Positions 1 through 12,000 of a stretch of 48,435 bases of DNA are shown here, piece by piece (position 1 is the first letter of the stretch; every line of letters begins with the position of its first letter). The stretch is from Macrostomum lignano (lineage: Eukaryota). A program made the translations under genes and the position numbers. The notes beneath the pieces are model-generated. The model saw nothing but the letters and a program-made list of their open reading frames with translations. It did not search any database and was not told the origin of the DNA. Location of the stretch: assembly GCA_002269645.1 (NCBI GenBank), contig NIVC01004364.1, positions 1 through 48,435 of the forward strand. The letters are read 5' to 3'.

Positions 1-3000
1 ACCTGCCCGATCAGGTGAGCTGAAACTTTCAAGCTGGCTGTAGGACACCGAAAACTTGAGCACCATATGGATACGGAACAAAAGCCCGGGCCGAACCCAC
101 TGAAATCGATAGTTTGTCGGGCCACTCGGCTAAAGAAAGGCCATAAAGACCAACAGCACTTGCGTGACTCAAGACGCTAAGCAGTTGAATGGGAGTTTTA
201 AATAAGCATTTTAATCTCGCCGAAGAGTCGTAATGCAGATCATTGAGTATTGCAAGTACTCTCGTGCATGTAGACAGTCGAGATTGGTGTTTCTGTCCGA
301 TCGGATGTCCGATGTCCGTGTGACTCTACTATAAATTTTTTGTTTCATTCTATAGCCTTAAGTTGGTAGCCTATGGTCGTAGTCTAGAGGGGTTGTAGCC
401 GAGTGTTTAGAGTGTCTGACTTAAACAACTGAAAGGTCGAAGGTTCGATTCTCGACCCACTTGGAACAATTTGTGTCGTTGAGCAAGACACTTAACTCTG
501 CATTGCATCAGTTCAGTTGTAATATGGGTGCCAGCATTAGCTGGGGGTAAGTGAGGGTGTGCATGTGTGGTGACTTCCAGGTCCTTCAACTGAACAGCCG
601 TACGCATCCTTCAGATGCGCTGCGTAATAGCTGCGGCTGAGCTGTCGGTTGCACGTCTGCACATTAGGGCAGGTGTACTCAATCTCAAATTAGGGCAGGT
701 TCACCCGCTCTGCTCTGAGGGATGTCGGAGAATTCATAATCGGTCTTCTTCAAACACCAACATCCCAGGTCCGACCGTCAAAACTGCGCTCCGACGTGAT
801 CGACCGGATCAAAGAGAAGCGACGCGAGCGACACAACCTCACACTGGAGGAGATGCACCAGGAGCTCTATCAGGTCGGCGTCTCCTTTGAGCCGCTGATT
901 GTCCAGCGTTGCCAGAACCTACACGAGACGCTGGCCAAGCTCGAGGAGGAGCTGGACCGTCGGCTGAGCCCGCTGGCGACCAACGAGTCACTGATGGCGC
1001 TGGACCAGCACCAGCTGCTCGGCTGTGGCAGGGCGTCGCGGAGGTCTTCGCCGATAGACGCAACGCCATCGGCAGCCTCGACGAAGACCTGCTGGGTGAG
1101 CGGTGCCGGGTTTCAGAACTCATATCATCTGCAGATTTTTCTACAAATGTCATCCAAACATCTCAGAACTTCCCATATCCTGGATGATTTATTTTGTTAA
1201 ATGTACAATTTTATTGGAAGATTCGAGTCCCCACTTTCCCCCGTGTAGAGTGTGGTGTTTCGGGAAATAAGTTCGCAATGAGCTGCACGTCTTTCCTGGA
1301 AATCTTTCATCTTATTTACATTTAGATCGGCTGCTTAATTTCTAAGAAAACGCACTCGAAAGGCTTAATTTCATTAAAGTCATTAATTCTGGATGTTCTG
1401 TGTCTTGGAAATCTCATGCATCGCATACTCATCGAAATAAGTGCATTCTGAAACCTCAATTTCCTGGGAAATATTTCGCGCGCGTTTTGAATGATTTTCA
1501 AGCCTCAAACCCCGCCCCCAGCCCTGGAGTCCGACCGGGTCACCGAGATCCGCCGGGTGTTCCACTCCTACAGCGAGGTCCTGGAACGCGTCAGCCACCT
1601 GGCGCCAGCCGAGCTGCACCGGATCGTGGACGACGAGGCTGTGCAGATGAACCAGACCCTGCTGGGCAACCAGCGCAGCTTCGCGGACCTCAACGCTCGA
1701 TTGGTCATGTCCGAGCTGGACAGAGAGCGCCGGATGCGCGCCCAGTGGCAGGACAAAATTACCGAGTGGCGCGCCGGACACGTGGAGGTCGCCGTGGCCG
1801 GATTTCATCAGTTCGTTCAGAGCCCGCAGGTAAGATTCAATTAGCTCCTATTGGTGCCTTATCTTGCCGATCAAATGACGATCAATGCCGAGCTAGCAAT
1901 TTTTAGAATCGTGATTACAAGTGCATGTGTTTTTTTTCTATTTTTTCAAGCCTTTGATGTGCCACCACAATCACCTCGAATGCTTTGATATGCCGCCACG
2001 AACATCTCCAATCCTTTTATATGCCGCCACGAACATCTCAAATCCTTTTATATGCCGCCATGAACGCCTCAAATCTTTTGATGTGCCGCCTCGATCCACC
2101 TCAAATCATTTGATATTTCGCCTCGATCCACCTCGAATCCTTTGATGTGCCGTCTCGATCCACCTCGAATCCTTTGGTGTGCCGCCTCGATCCACCTCGA
2201 ATCCTTTTGTGTGCCGCCTCGATCCACCTCGAATCCTTTGATGTGCCGCCTCGATCCACCTCGAATACTTTGATGTGCCGCCTCGATCCACCTCGAATGC
2301 TTTGGTGTGCCGCCTCGATCCACCTCGAATACTTTGATGTGCCGCCTCGATCCACCTCGAATACTTTGATGTGCCGCCTCGATCCACCTCGAATCCTTTG
2401 GTGTGCCGCCTCGATCCACCTCGAATACTTTGATGTGCCGCCTCGATCCACCTCGAATCCTTTGGTGTGCCGCCTCGATCCACCTCGAATCCTTTGGTGT
2501 GCCGCCTCGATCCACCTCGAATACTTTGATGTGCCGCCTCGATCCACCTCGAATACTTTGATGTGCCGCCTCGATCCACCTCGAATACTTTGATGTGCCG
2601 CCTCGATCCACCTCGAATACTTTGATGTGCCGCCTCGATCCACCTCGAATCCTGTGACCCACCCCGCACTCCAGGTACAGTCCCCGCCCAGCCTGGAGTC
2701 CATCCTAAGCAACATGCGCGCCGAGCAGTCCGAGATCAACTCCCGCCGACTCGAACTCATCGAGGAGTTGAGCAGCTTAGCCCCGCCCAACGCCTGCAAG
2801 TCTGGGTGGCTGCCTGGCACCAAAAAATGCAGCAAGTTTGCAAGATGCTGGGTAAGTGGCAATCTGCTGTTCTACTAATTAGACTACTAATAGTAACGTG
2901 AGGCAACACTCTAAAGCGCAGGGTGCACACCTGCCCCTGAATTTCTCACGAGGCCTATGGCTACGGACTCTTTAGAGTATAAACTGATGGAAAGTTTTTG

Positions 3001-6000
3001 AAGGCCTAATTGGCGTAAACCATTAAAAACCTCTAAGACTCAATCAGTGGCGTGCCCAGGAGTTTTCATTGGAGGGAGTCGCAACCCTAAAGGGCGCCAG
3101 CCAATATTTGGTGTCTTGGCGTGCGCGTCCTTACCCCAGTCTCTTAGGCCGGTGGATGCCACGTCCTAAGACAGCTTAGCTGACTCTTTCAATCTATTTT
3201 TTTAAGAAGCGCAATTTTGAATTGGGGCGATTGGCCCAAGGTTGCGCAGGCCACTGGGGCTCAATGAAGACTTGCCTTGATGATGAAAGCTCTTACTGTA
3301 GTAAACTTACGAAACCGGAGACTAAAAAACAACGCATTGCATCCACTGCGGCTTCAGACGAGACCAACCAGAAGTACCTGCAGCAGGTGTACGAAGACTA
3401 CGAGAGAGTCTGCCAGCACTGCCTGGAGGCCATGGACCAGCTCAAGCAGGGCCTGGTGAGCGACGGCGTGTCCACTGAGCAGGAGGCGGACGCCATGGTC
3501 AAGGAGCGCTGCCTGCCGCTCATCAGCGCGCAGCAGCGCGTGTTCGAGGAGCGACTGGAGGCTATGGATGTGAGCTGCAGATGGAAATTCTACCCTGAAC
3601 CCTACCCGGATTTCTCCCATGTCAAAATAAAATGCCCAGTAATTTACTCATTTCTACGATAATCTCCCCACAGTAGATTTTCCCAGCTCTCCGAAATCCT
3701 ACTGGGTTTTCCCCGCCAAATTGGGGTTGCACAAAATTATCCCTTGGCCTGCATAGAAAACCCCAATTACCCCTTATCGCAGCGTCTATTTGAGGCCAAC
3801 GCCAAGCGAATCGGCGTCCAGTTGAAGTCGCTGTACAAGCTGGCACAGGGCGCGCGCGCACCTGTGGGATCGGCATCAGCTCGACCTCGCCGGCCTTGAG
3901 CGCACCCTGGTAGAGCGCCTGGACGCCAACCGGGAGCAGCACAACCGGCAGAACCAGGACCGGGAAGCCCAGCTGGACGTCGTGATGGACAAGCTCCGCC
4001 AGGAGTCCACGGAGGCCGGCCTGAAGCACCAGCTCAGCCGGGCGCTGGACACGCTGAAGGCCATCGAGGGCACGTACCGGAAGTTCAAAGACGAACAACT
4101 GGTTGAGGTTCGAACCTACCCGAAACTGGTCGAAGAAGAGGTCGAAAACCTGGAACGAGCGGTCTGCGAGTACTTCGGACTGGAGAGAGCGGACAAGAAG
4201 AAGGTGAGCTTTCTGCAGTGGACTCCCTCCTCCAATTCACCTTTGATTAGTGGCGACCATAGCGACAAAAGTATGATTCACTTGATCCTTTCATGTTCCG
4301 TGTCTCTCAGCAAAACCTTAAATTTACTGACTGCAATCTGTGCTTCATTTGATGCACGTTGTGACGCCTCCTGACTCACAGCAGTGACACCTCCTGACAC
4401 ACAGTTGTGGCGCCTCCTGACACACAGTTGTGGCGCCTCCTGACTCACAGCAGTGACACCTCCTGACACACAGTTGTGGCGCCTCCTGACACACAGTTGT
4501 GGCGCCTCCTGACTCACAGCTGTGACACCTCCTGACACACAGTTGTGGCGCCTCCTGACACACAGTTGTGGCGCCTCCTGACTCACAGCTGTGACACCTC
4601 CTGACACACAGTTGTGGCGCCTCCTGACACACAGTTGTGGCGCCTCCTGACTCACAGCTGTGACACCTCCTGACACACAGTTGTGGCGCCTCCTGACTCA
4701 GCTGTGACACCTCCTGACGCACAGTTGTGGCGCCTCCTGACACACAGTTGTGGCGCCTCCTGACACACAGCTGTGACACCTCCTGACACACAGTTGTGGC
4801 GCCTCCTGATACACAGTTGTGGCGCCTCCTGACACACAGTTGTGGCGCCCCCTGACACAGTTGTAGCGCCTCCTGACACACAGTTATTGCACCCTGACTC
4901 GCATTTTTGCCCTCCAGAAACCCAGTTTTGGGGCTTCCCTGACGAATCAATTTCCTCTGACTATATTTATGATTTTCAATTGACTTAACCGCCTCCGACT
5001 TTGTCTGAATTGTTTGGTCAATCAGTCGGATTCCGAGGAGGCCTCAGAGCCCGATAATGCCGACACAGCCCCCCAGCCTTATCAGGCTGACAGAGTGGGC
5101 GCTGGGTCTCAACCGGACGCTCAGCAGCAGGTTGGTTGCAGACGTTGTCAAATTTTCCCGTATAGTTTTACTATCGCTGCAATCCTTCCTGCACTGCCTT
5201 AACATTTTTTGCGATACACAAAAACTCATTTTGTACCTGCATGTCACAGTGAGAAAACTCTATTTAAATCTTTAACTTATTTTTTCCACTGTACTTCTTT
5301 AGCTCCTACAATTTAATCGGAAATCACACTCACGTATTTTCACAATAATTCTGTGCTGCATATTTATACAATTGGAATTTATATACGGACCTATTAGAAA
5401 CTCAATATTGGCCATTGCTAAAATTTTCTAATAAAATGCATTTACTTCTACTTTCTTATGGGCATACGAGTGCGCACGAATTCCTAAATTTTTTTGCTGC
5501 GCCAAAATCTTCTATACGACGTAGTTTTAAAACAGACAGTCCAAGCCGTAAATTCCTGGATAATTTAGCAAACTTAGTGCGTAAACAACTTGTTTTCGAT
5601 GCAGTCTGTTATGATGTACTTTAGCGAGCACCACTGAGAATGTACATGGCTGAGGGAGGCAATAAAATGGGGATGGGGACGCTCCCGGGTACGGAGAGAG
5701 GGAGGAGAGGCTGCGTGCGGTCAGAGGGTTTGAACTGGGGGTAAGAGGAGATCGATAAATGAACCAATAGGAAGTCACGAGGAGGAAAGAGAGGATTGCA
5801 TTGTACATAGCGTAGTCAAAGATGTGCTAAATAAAATCAATTATAAAATTTACTTCGCGCGGAAATTTAACCTAAAAACTCCAATTAGACGCCCAATCGA
5901 AAGTAGCTTAGCATGGTTCATTTAGTCCAGCTATTAATCGTTTTACAACACTTAAATTTTACTTCGTATCCTGAGGGGTTGTTGCCTGAGGGGTTGTAGC

Positions 6001-9000
6001 CTGAGGGGTTGTAGCCTGAGGGGTTGCTGCCTGAGGGGTTGTAGCCTGAGGGGTTGTAGCCTGAGGGGTTGCTGCCTGAGGGGTTGTAGCCTGAGGGGTT
6101 GTAGCCTGAGGGGTTGCTGCCTGAGGGGTTGTAGCCTGAGGGGTTGTAGCCTGAGGGGTTGCTGCCTGAGGGGTTGTAGCGTGAGTGGTTGTAGCCTGAG
6201 GGGTTGTAGCCTGAGGGGTTGTAGCCTGAGGGGTTGTAGCCTGAGGGGTTGTAGCCTGAGGGGTTGTAGCCTGAGGGGTTGTAGCCTGAGGGGTTGTAGC
6301 CTGAGGGGTTGTAGCCTGAGGGGGTTGTAGCCTAGTTGTTAGGGCGTCGGACTCGCGACTTGAAGGTCGGGGGTTCGATTCCCGATCCCTTGTGTCCATT
6401 GTGTCCTTGAGCAAGACACTTAACTCTGCATTGCTTCAGTTCACCCAGCTGTAAAATGGGTGCCAGCATTAGCTGGGGGTAATAAGGCGACCCCCGGTCC
6501 TACGCCAGAGACGACAGAGCCTCCTACAGCCGTACGCAGCCTTCAGATGCGCCGCGCAATAGCTGCGACTGAGCTGTCGGTTGCACATCTGGCCCAATTG
6601 GGGCAGGTGTAATCAGTGTAATCACAATAATAATTTCTACTATTTTAGTTTCCAAACTATTTTTAGCTCAGAGGCTCAATGTTTTGCATTGAAGTCAGTG
6701 TTCTGCATATTACGATCTATTATTCTTAACCTTCTAAATCACCTGACCGGTTTTACTTCAGGTGGAGAAGAAGAAAGTCAAAGCGAATCTGAAGCCGGCG
6801 GAGCTCGCCAAGATCAAAGCCGCGCAGGAGGCTCGCCTATCCGAGGTGAGTTGTTTTGTGAAATTCAGCTTATTATACCATTATAAACTCTTTATAATGG
6901 TATAATAAGATAATAAGATTCACGATATTTTTCGAAAAAATAAAATATAAAGAAACTTTCGCTAGTTTCGGATTAAATTCGAATAAAGCTTTTGTAATTT
7001 GATCACCAATTAAGCAAATGATAGTGTACTAGTATTTGTTTATCAGAGCTACTTTAGTTTAGGCTCAACAACACTTCAGTCAACGATTACAACTAAATTT
7101 TAGGGCTACTGAAATTCAAAAGCAAAGTTTTCGAATAAAATTGGTGCAAGCAAATGATTAATAAATAGTCGCATAGTCGACAGCAACAAGTCAACGTAAA
7201 GCAGTGTCTCTTCTCTAAGCGGCTCCAAAAATCAGTAGAACAGCTCCTCAGCGCCGTTGTCCAGGCTGGCGTTCAGCGCAGAGATCACGCGGTCTTCCTG
7301 GCCACCGCTGCCGCTGCCGCCTCCGCCGCCTCCGCCGCTGCCGCTGCCGCTGCCTCCGGCAATTTGCCTCTCGTGCGCTCCGTCGTGAAAGCCGTTGCGG
7401 TTGCCGCCGCCGCTGCCGCTGCCGCCGCTGCCACTCGGCCCGGCTCCGTCTTCGTCCGGCACGTACAATGGATTCCGGGTTATTTTGGCAGCGTGCGGAT
7501 GGTGCTGCTGCGGCTGCGGCTGCTCCTGTTGCTGGTAGACATGGTTGTAGGCACCCAGCTCGTAGTCCACTTCGTCTCGCGGCTGACTCCGTCTCTGCTC
7601 AACTTGAGCAAGCTGCTGCGGCAGTCCGTACGGATTGTTCTGATCATCCAGCTCGTCAGCAAAGCGCATGGTGATGACCTGAGAGTCCGGCGATCCCTGG
7701 GGTCGTTGCTGCGTCTGCTGCTCCTGCGGCTCCGGCTGCTGCTGAGGACCTTTGATCGGCTGGTAGAAATTCTGCGGCATTGGCGGCTGCAGCTGTTTCT
7801 GCTGCGGCTGCGGCTGCGGCTGCGGCTGCGGCTGCGGCTGCGGCTGCGGCTGCGGCTGCTGCTGCCTGGCGGACGCTGGCCTCTGCTGCGATACGTTGAC
7901 ATAGAGCGGCTGCTGAACAGGCCGCTGCTGCTGCGGTGGCGGTAGCCGCTGGTCCACTCGCGGCTCCTGCTTACCCTGGTAGATAATCCGAGCCGATCCG
8001 ACCGTGGGACTGGCGCCGTCGGCCACTGTGGCCTCGCCGGCCAGGCTGTTCTCAATGGTGTCCAGCTTTATCTCGTCCGGCAGCTGCAGCCCAATCAGCA
8101 CCGGCGTCCGCAGCTGCACGGGTTCCTGACTGCGCTCAACCTCGGCTTTGAACACCAGCCAGTAGCGCACGCCGATGATGCTGGAGTTGGGTAGGCCGCT
8201 CGGCGGGATGAAGCGCGGCACCGTCAGCCCACGTGGCGCCACTGTCGGTCTGTTGGAAAGATTAAGCAATCAATCAGTGATTATCAGTTGAGCAGGCATG
8301 TCTAAAGCAGCAGAAACAGTCTGGTTAACTTACTCTCCTGTTGTCGCACCACATACTTGTCCTCGTAGTCAGTCACAATCAGCCGTTCAGTGTTCACTCG
8401 ACCGCGGACCCGATATTCGACTTCCATCACCAGCGCAATGCTCATGCTCCGAACCACCTTGCGTGACGAGTTGATGAGGTTCAGATTCACGAAGATGTTG
8501 TCTCCGATGTCGTAGGCTCGTCTCGGCATGAACAGCGACACCTTGATTGAGTTGGAGCCAGTCGTCAGAGCGGAGGTTTTGATCGGGTGCTTGTAGTCAA
8601 TCCGGTAGGAGTTCAGGTGATTGGCCATGCCCTCCAGGGGAGTCGTGACTCCACCATGAAGACGTTGGTAGTGATGCAGGGCTCGCGGTGAACCGGCTCA
8701 TTTCGGTCAGCCTGGATGACCACCTTCACCAAGTAGGACACGTTGCCGTAAGACCCTGTGAAAGTCGCTGGCAGTTCGAATGGCAGGTCGCAGGCGAACG
8801 GGAACACGTGCTCACCCGGCGACAGCGTCACCATCTCATAGCTTCGCTTGCCAACGAGCTCGGCGATTTCGTTCAGGTAGACCTCGTCGTCGGAAACGAG
8901 CTCGTCACCCTGCAGGGTGCGCAGCCGCCAAGCCGCGTTGCCAGTGCCCTGCACCAGCAGGTCGAGGCTGCTAACGGTGAGTCGCTGCGTCAGCTCCAGG

Positions 9001-12000
9001 CGCACGTGCCCGGTGAGCAGCTCGCCCGGCGAATAGACGCCGATGCCGTTCGGACCGTCGCTGCGGTCCAAGATGATCTCGAAGCTCTGCACCTTGCCAT
9101 TGGGCTCGAACGGCACGTTCCTGGGCCGCTCGATGGCGTTGCTTCGCTCCATTATTTTTGCCGAGTTCGAGCTTTGGACTGAGCCGTTTGCTGCCCGAGT
9201 ATCAAAAAGCTTTTGTCTCTACCTGGCCAAGCCGGGGCTCATCTGGCTTGTTTTATTGCGACCCGCTGGTGTGGGGTGGACCAGGGTAAGAAAAAGAGGG
9301 TCTGACAGACTGGGCGACCAGAGAATGAAATGAAATGCGCGCCATCGCCGAGCCTTAGCCGCAGCTGTTTGTTTATCTCGTCCTTCGAGAAACTTCTTTC
9401 TTGGCAGGGAGGCCCAGAGCTCCTCTGAGCAAAGCAACAACTGCTCAAAACTGGGGTGAGATGGATCGAATAGCCATGCATCCATCTAGAATTCTCTTTC
9501 TCTGCATCTTGCTAAGGCGACTCACCCACCCACTCAGTGTCTGCTGAGACACTCAGTTACCTGGCAATCGCAAAATTCCATTTTTTATTCTGATGCTCCG
9601 CGCGTGCACTTCAAACTGGCTTGCTATTTTCTACCTGAGCGAGACTGCTTTCAGAAAAAGACACGGAATGGGCAGTCAGAGACTGCTCTACTCAAACCTC
9701 TGCGCTTTTGAGCAGAGTTTACTCGTCGCGTCATCTTAGAAACATCCACCCAGTCTCCGACCGAAAAACACTGCAAGCCCCATCGCCTCACTCTTTGGGC
9801 GTTGCCTTCAAAGCAAAGATCTGTACACTCCGTTTGCTGAAAACTTCTTCTAACTGGCTTGCTAATTTCGCAAAGCAAAGTTAGAATGGCAGGCTAGATG
9901 AAACATAATGAAAAATTATGTATAAAGTTGGGCCAGACGACAGAAGCTGAATCTTTACCAAAGTAGTAAATGAAAAACAGGTTCTATAAAATTTTAAGAA
10001 TTTAAAGAAAGAAAGTCGAGCAACGACTGTGAGGGCTACGATTAATTCTCTAGGGAGGGACGGAGAGAGGCGGATTCAGGGACTGAGGCTGAGCGGAGAG
10101 GCAGATTCAGGGACTGAGGCTGAGCGGAGAGGCGGATTCAGGGTCAGAGGCTGAGCGGAAGAGCGGAGAGGCGGATTCAGGGACTGAGGCTGAGCGGAAG
10201 AGCGGAGAGGCGGATTCAGGGACTGAGGCTGAGCGGAGAGAGGCGGATTCAGAGTCAGAGGCTGAGCGGAGAGAGGCGGATTCAGGGTCAGAGGCTGAGC
10301 GGAGAGAGGCGGATTCAGGGTCAGAGGCTGAGCGGAGAGAGGCGGATTCAGGGACTGAGGCTGAGCGGAGAGAGGCGGATTCAGGGACTGAGGCTGAGCG
10401 GAGAGGCAGATTCAGGGACTGAGGCTGAGCGGAGAGGCGGATTCAGGGACTGAGGCTGAGCGGAGAGGCGGATTCAGGGTCAGAGGCTGAGCGGAGAGGC
10501 AGATTCAGGGACTGAGGCTGAGCGGAGAGGAAGATTCAGGGACTGAATCAGAGCGGAGAGGCAGATTCAGGGAAAGAGTCAATGTGAGATAGACATGGAA
10601 TACACAGCCTACATTTCTAATATTAAAAGCTTGAAGGAAAGTCGAGTTTAGGCTAAAAATATGCTTTTTATGCTACTGGCAGTAGACAGATGCTGAACTC
10701 TCTGAAACGCTGCAGGAGGATGAATGGATTCGCACGGCGTTTCGCGAAATTTTGTTCACCAGCCGCGGCTCTGAGTTCCGGGTCCTGACAGAGGCCGGCG
10801 TGCATGGAATTCCACCGCCAGACGCTGAAAGCCTTCAGCAGCCGCCGGCGGCGACAAACCAGCAATCAGCGAACCAGCAGGAGTCACAGGCGAAGCACGG
10901 CTACATCACCCTGCTGCCCGCGGACGCTACGGACAAGGCCGCCGAGGAGGACGAGAATGTCCGCAGCGCGGCGGTGCCCCGGCGAACGATCTTGGAGGCG
11001 AAGATTGCGTGAGTGTCGCAATGGATGGCTGAGTCATTTTGCAATGGCGTAAGCCCATGCTGAATCCCGACGGTTTCGTTTATTTTTCAAAAAACATTTC
11101 GCACACTCGGGCTTTGTCATCGGGGGTGGCTTGGGTGGATCAGTCTTTGCACCCGTCCTCCTGATTCCACTATGGGTTGGCGGTGTCTCCTGATTCCACT
11201 ATGGGTTGGCGGTGTCTCCTGATTCCACTATGGGTTGGCGGTGTCTCCTGATTCCACTATGGGTTGGCGGTGTCTCCTGATTCCACTATGGGTTGGCGGT
11301 GTCTCCTGATTCCACTATGGGTTGGCGGTGTCTCCTGATTCCACTATGGGTTGGCGGTGTCTCCTGATTCCACTATGGGTTGGCGGTGTCTCCTGATTCC
11401 ACTATGGGTTGGCGGTGTCTCCTGATTCCACTATGGGTTGGCGGTGTCTCCTGATTCCACTATGGGTTGGTGGTGTCTTAGTCCATAGGCTTGGGTTAGT
11501 AGCATCCAATAAGGCTTCACCGGGCCTTGAGTTCTGGTCCCAATCTGGGCCACTCGGGCTTCGGCCCCAGGTAGTATGGCCCCCTACAAGATCCAGCGGC
11601 AGAGCCCTTCCTTGGGCTGATCCGCGGGTAGCCCCGGCTTCCCACCCCATTTAACAACAACAAACAAAAGGTCTCATCCCGCTACTTATAGTAATCCATG
11701 ATCCAGATGATGAAAAATATCAACCCCGAGGCAAAATCGGTCTAAAAATTCCAATCTCTTCTGCATCAACCTCGCAGCATCCGGCAGAACTTTCTGGACT
11801 TTCTCGACTCCTGGCGACCGGAAGCGGCTCAGCGCGGCGCCGGCATCGTCCGCGCCAAAACCGAGGAGCTCGAGGCCGAGCTGCGCCTCCGCCTGCACCT
11901 GCACGAGCCTCGGGCCCGCCGAGCCGAGCTGGACGTTCACAACGTGCGCGCTGCCGAGCTCGTGATGCACTCAGAGCGGGTGACGCGCCACACCAAGGGC

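Noticed and set aside
2069-2862. Long ORFs on both strands over the 32-bp array
   Set aside because: Translations are periodic and the region is an intronic minisatellite; only 2675-2851 is a real exon.
6320-6400. tRNA gene
   Set aside because: A and B boxes continue straight into CORE and tail sequence repeated elsewhere, with no acceptor-stem closure; this is a SINE head.
6478-6535. Twister-ribozyme-like taa...gc...ccggtcctacgcc in the SINE
   Set aside because: The pseudoknot partners required for T1 and T2 are absent, and the motif is not kept in copies A and C.
11157-11478. CRISPR-like 29-bp repeats (also the 32-bp and 46-bp arrays)
   Set aside because: Units are head-to-tail with no unique spacers, no cas genes are present, and the context is eukaryotic.
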